Positions 63,309 to 64,000 of a stretch of DNA of 64,000 nt are shown here, one piece after another. The stretch's first letter is position 1. Every line of letters starts with the position of its first letter. A program made the translations under genes and the position numbers. The DNA is from Camelus dromedarius (taxonomy: Eukaryota). A model generated the notes under the pieces. The model ran no database searches. It was not told the origin of the DNA and worked only from the letters and a program-made list of their open reading frames with translations. Location of the stretch: assembly GCF_036321535.1 (NCBI RefSeq), contig NC_087436.1, positions 92,444,001-92,508,000 on the forward strand, given 5' to 3'.

Positions 63309-64000
63309 GTAGGACTCAGTGCCCTGGTGGGACTTGCTTTTCTTCTCCGATCGTTTGGGCCACCTGGTCTTCCACAGCCAAGGAAACAACTCCAGGGTCC
63401 CGACCATGGCAAGTCAGATTTGCTTAAGATTCTGATATGACTGAAGAGGTGTTTTGTTTTGCTGTAAATTTAAAATGTAACCACAGTTCACTGGGGTTTG
63501 CCAGGCAGCAGTAAACTGGATCTGGCAGGCAGAGGGGGTATCCCCTTGGCCCTCTGACTTTCTGTCTTCGCAGTGTTGTAGGAAGGTGCTCACTCATCCA
63601 GGACTGACAAGGACTGTATTTACAAGTATGAAATAGTGAGGATGATATATCACTCTTTACTGATTTTTGGTTTTGTAAAATGACTTTGTCCCCATTCGAA
63701 TATTAAATTGCTTTGGGCATTAAAAATATAGTCTCTGGTAGATAACTCATTTAACCTTAATACTTCAGTATTTCCAAGCTATAAAATTTAATGTAAGATA
63801 AAATAGCCAACATTTTATCCAAAATTATATTCTGGGTTTATATCCTTCATAGCAAACTATGGGCTACTGTCACCTTTGTGATCCAGGGTACGTACTCATC
63901 CCAGCGACAAAAATATCTCATTTCCTGTATAGTTTATTTTACTGCAATTATTTATTCTAGTTTTCCACTGGTGTTTGTTAGTAATTCAGGTTTCTATCCA

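Noticed and set aside
187..63440. The many 60-150 aa ORFs in the six-frame track as independent genes
   Set aside because: Only those overlapping ATP8A1 exons (3169, 37594, 56336, 62917, 63186) contain recognisable protein, and their starts or ends run into introns. The rest lie in repeats or intron and show no recognisable motifs.

Overview
This window is mammalian genomic DNA from the middle of one large + strand gene, the P4-ATPase aminophospholipid flippase ATP8A1. Nine internal coding exons have GT-AG boundaries and matching phases. They splice into 1095 nt (365 codons) with no stop, running from the end of the N domain (DTVIYDRL) through the P domain ([14 protein letters not shown]) to transmembrane helices M5-M6 and the following loop. 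The gene starts and ends outside the window. About 98% of the window is intron, containing ancient mammalian repeats (MIR, L2, hAT-Charlie MER58/MER5/MER33, Tigger1, MaLR and ERV LTRs, old L1), younger L1 3' ends with target-site duplications, tRNA-derived SINEs and microsatellites. The SINE and L1 types suggest a camelid genome (inference). Almost all of the six-frame ORFs are spurious. I found no support for a new multi-gene system. The most unusual signals are small-scale: a duplication-inversion-duplication micro-rearrangement with two alternative 14-bp hairpins at 32.7 kb, a perfect 28-bp palindrome at 18.4 kb, a CpG-dense patch over the GDGAND exon, and a 90-nt intron that stays open in frame up to its own acceptor TAG. 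Repeat family names come from recalled consensus sequences, and their boundaries are approximate unless a TSD is given.
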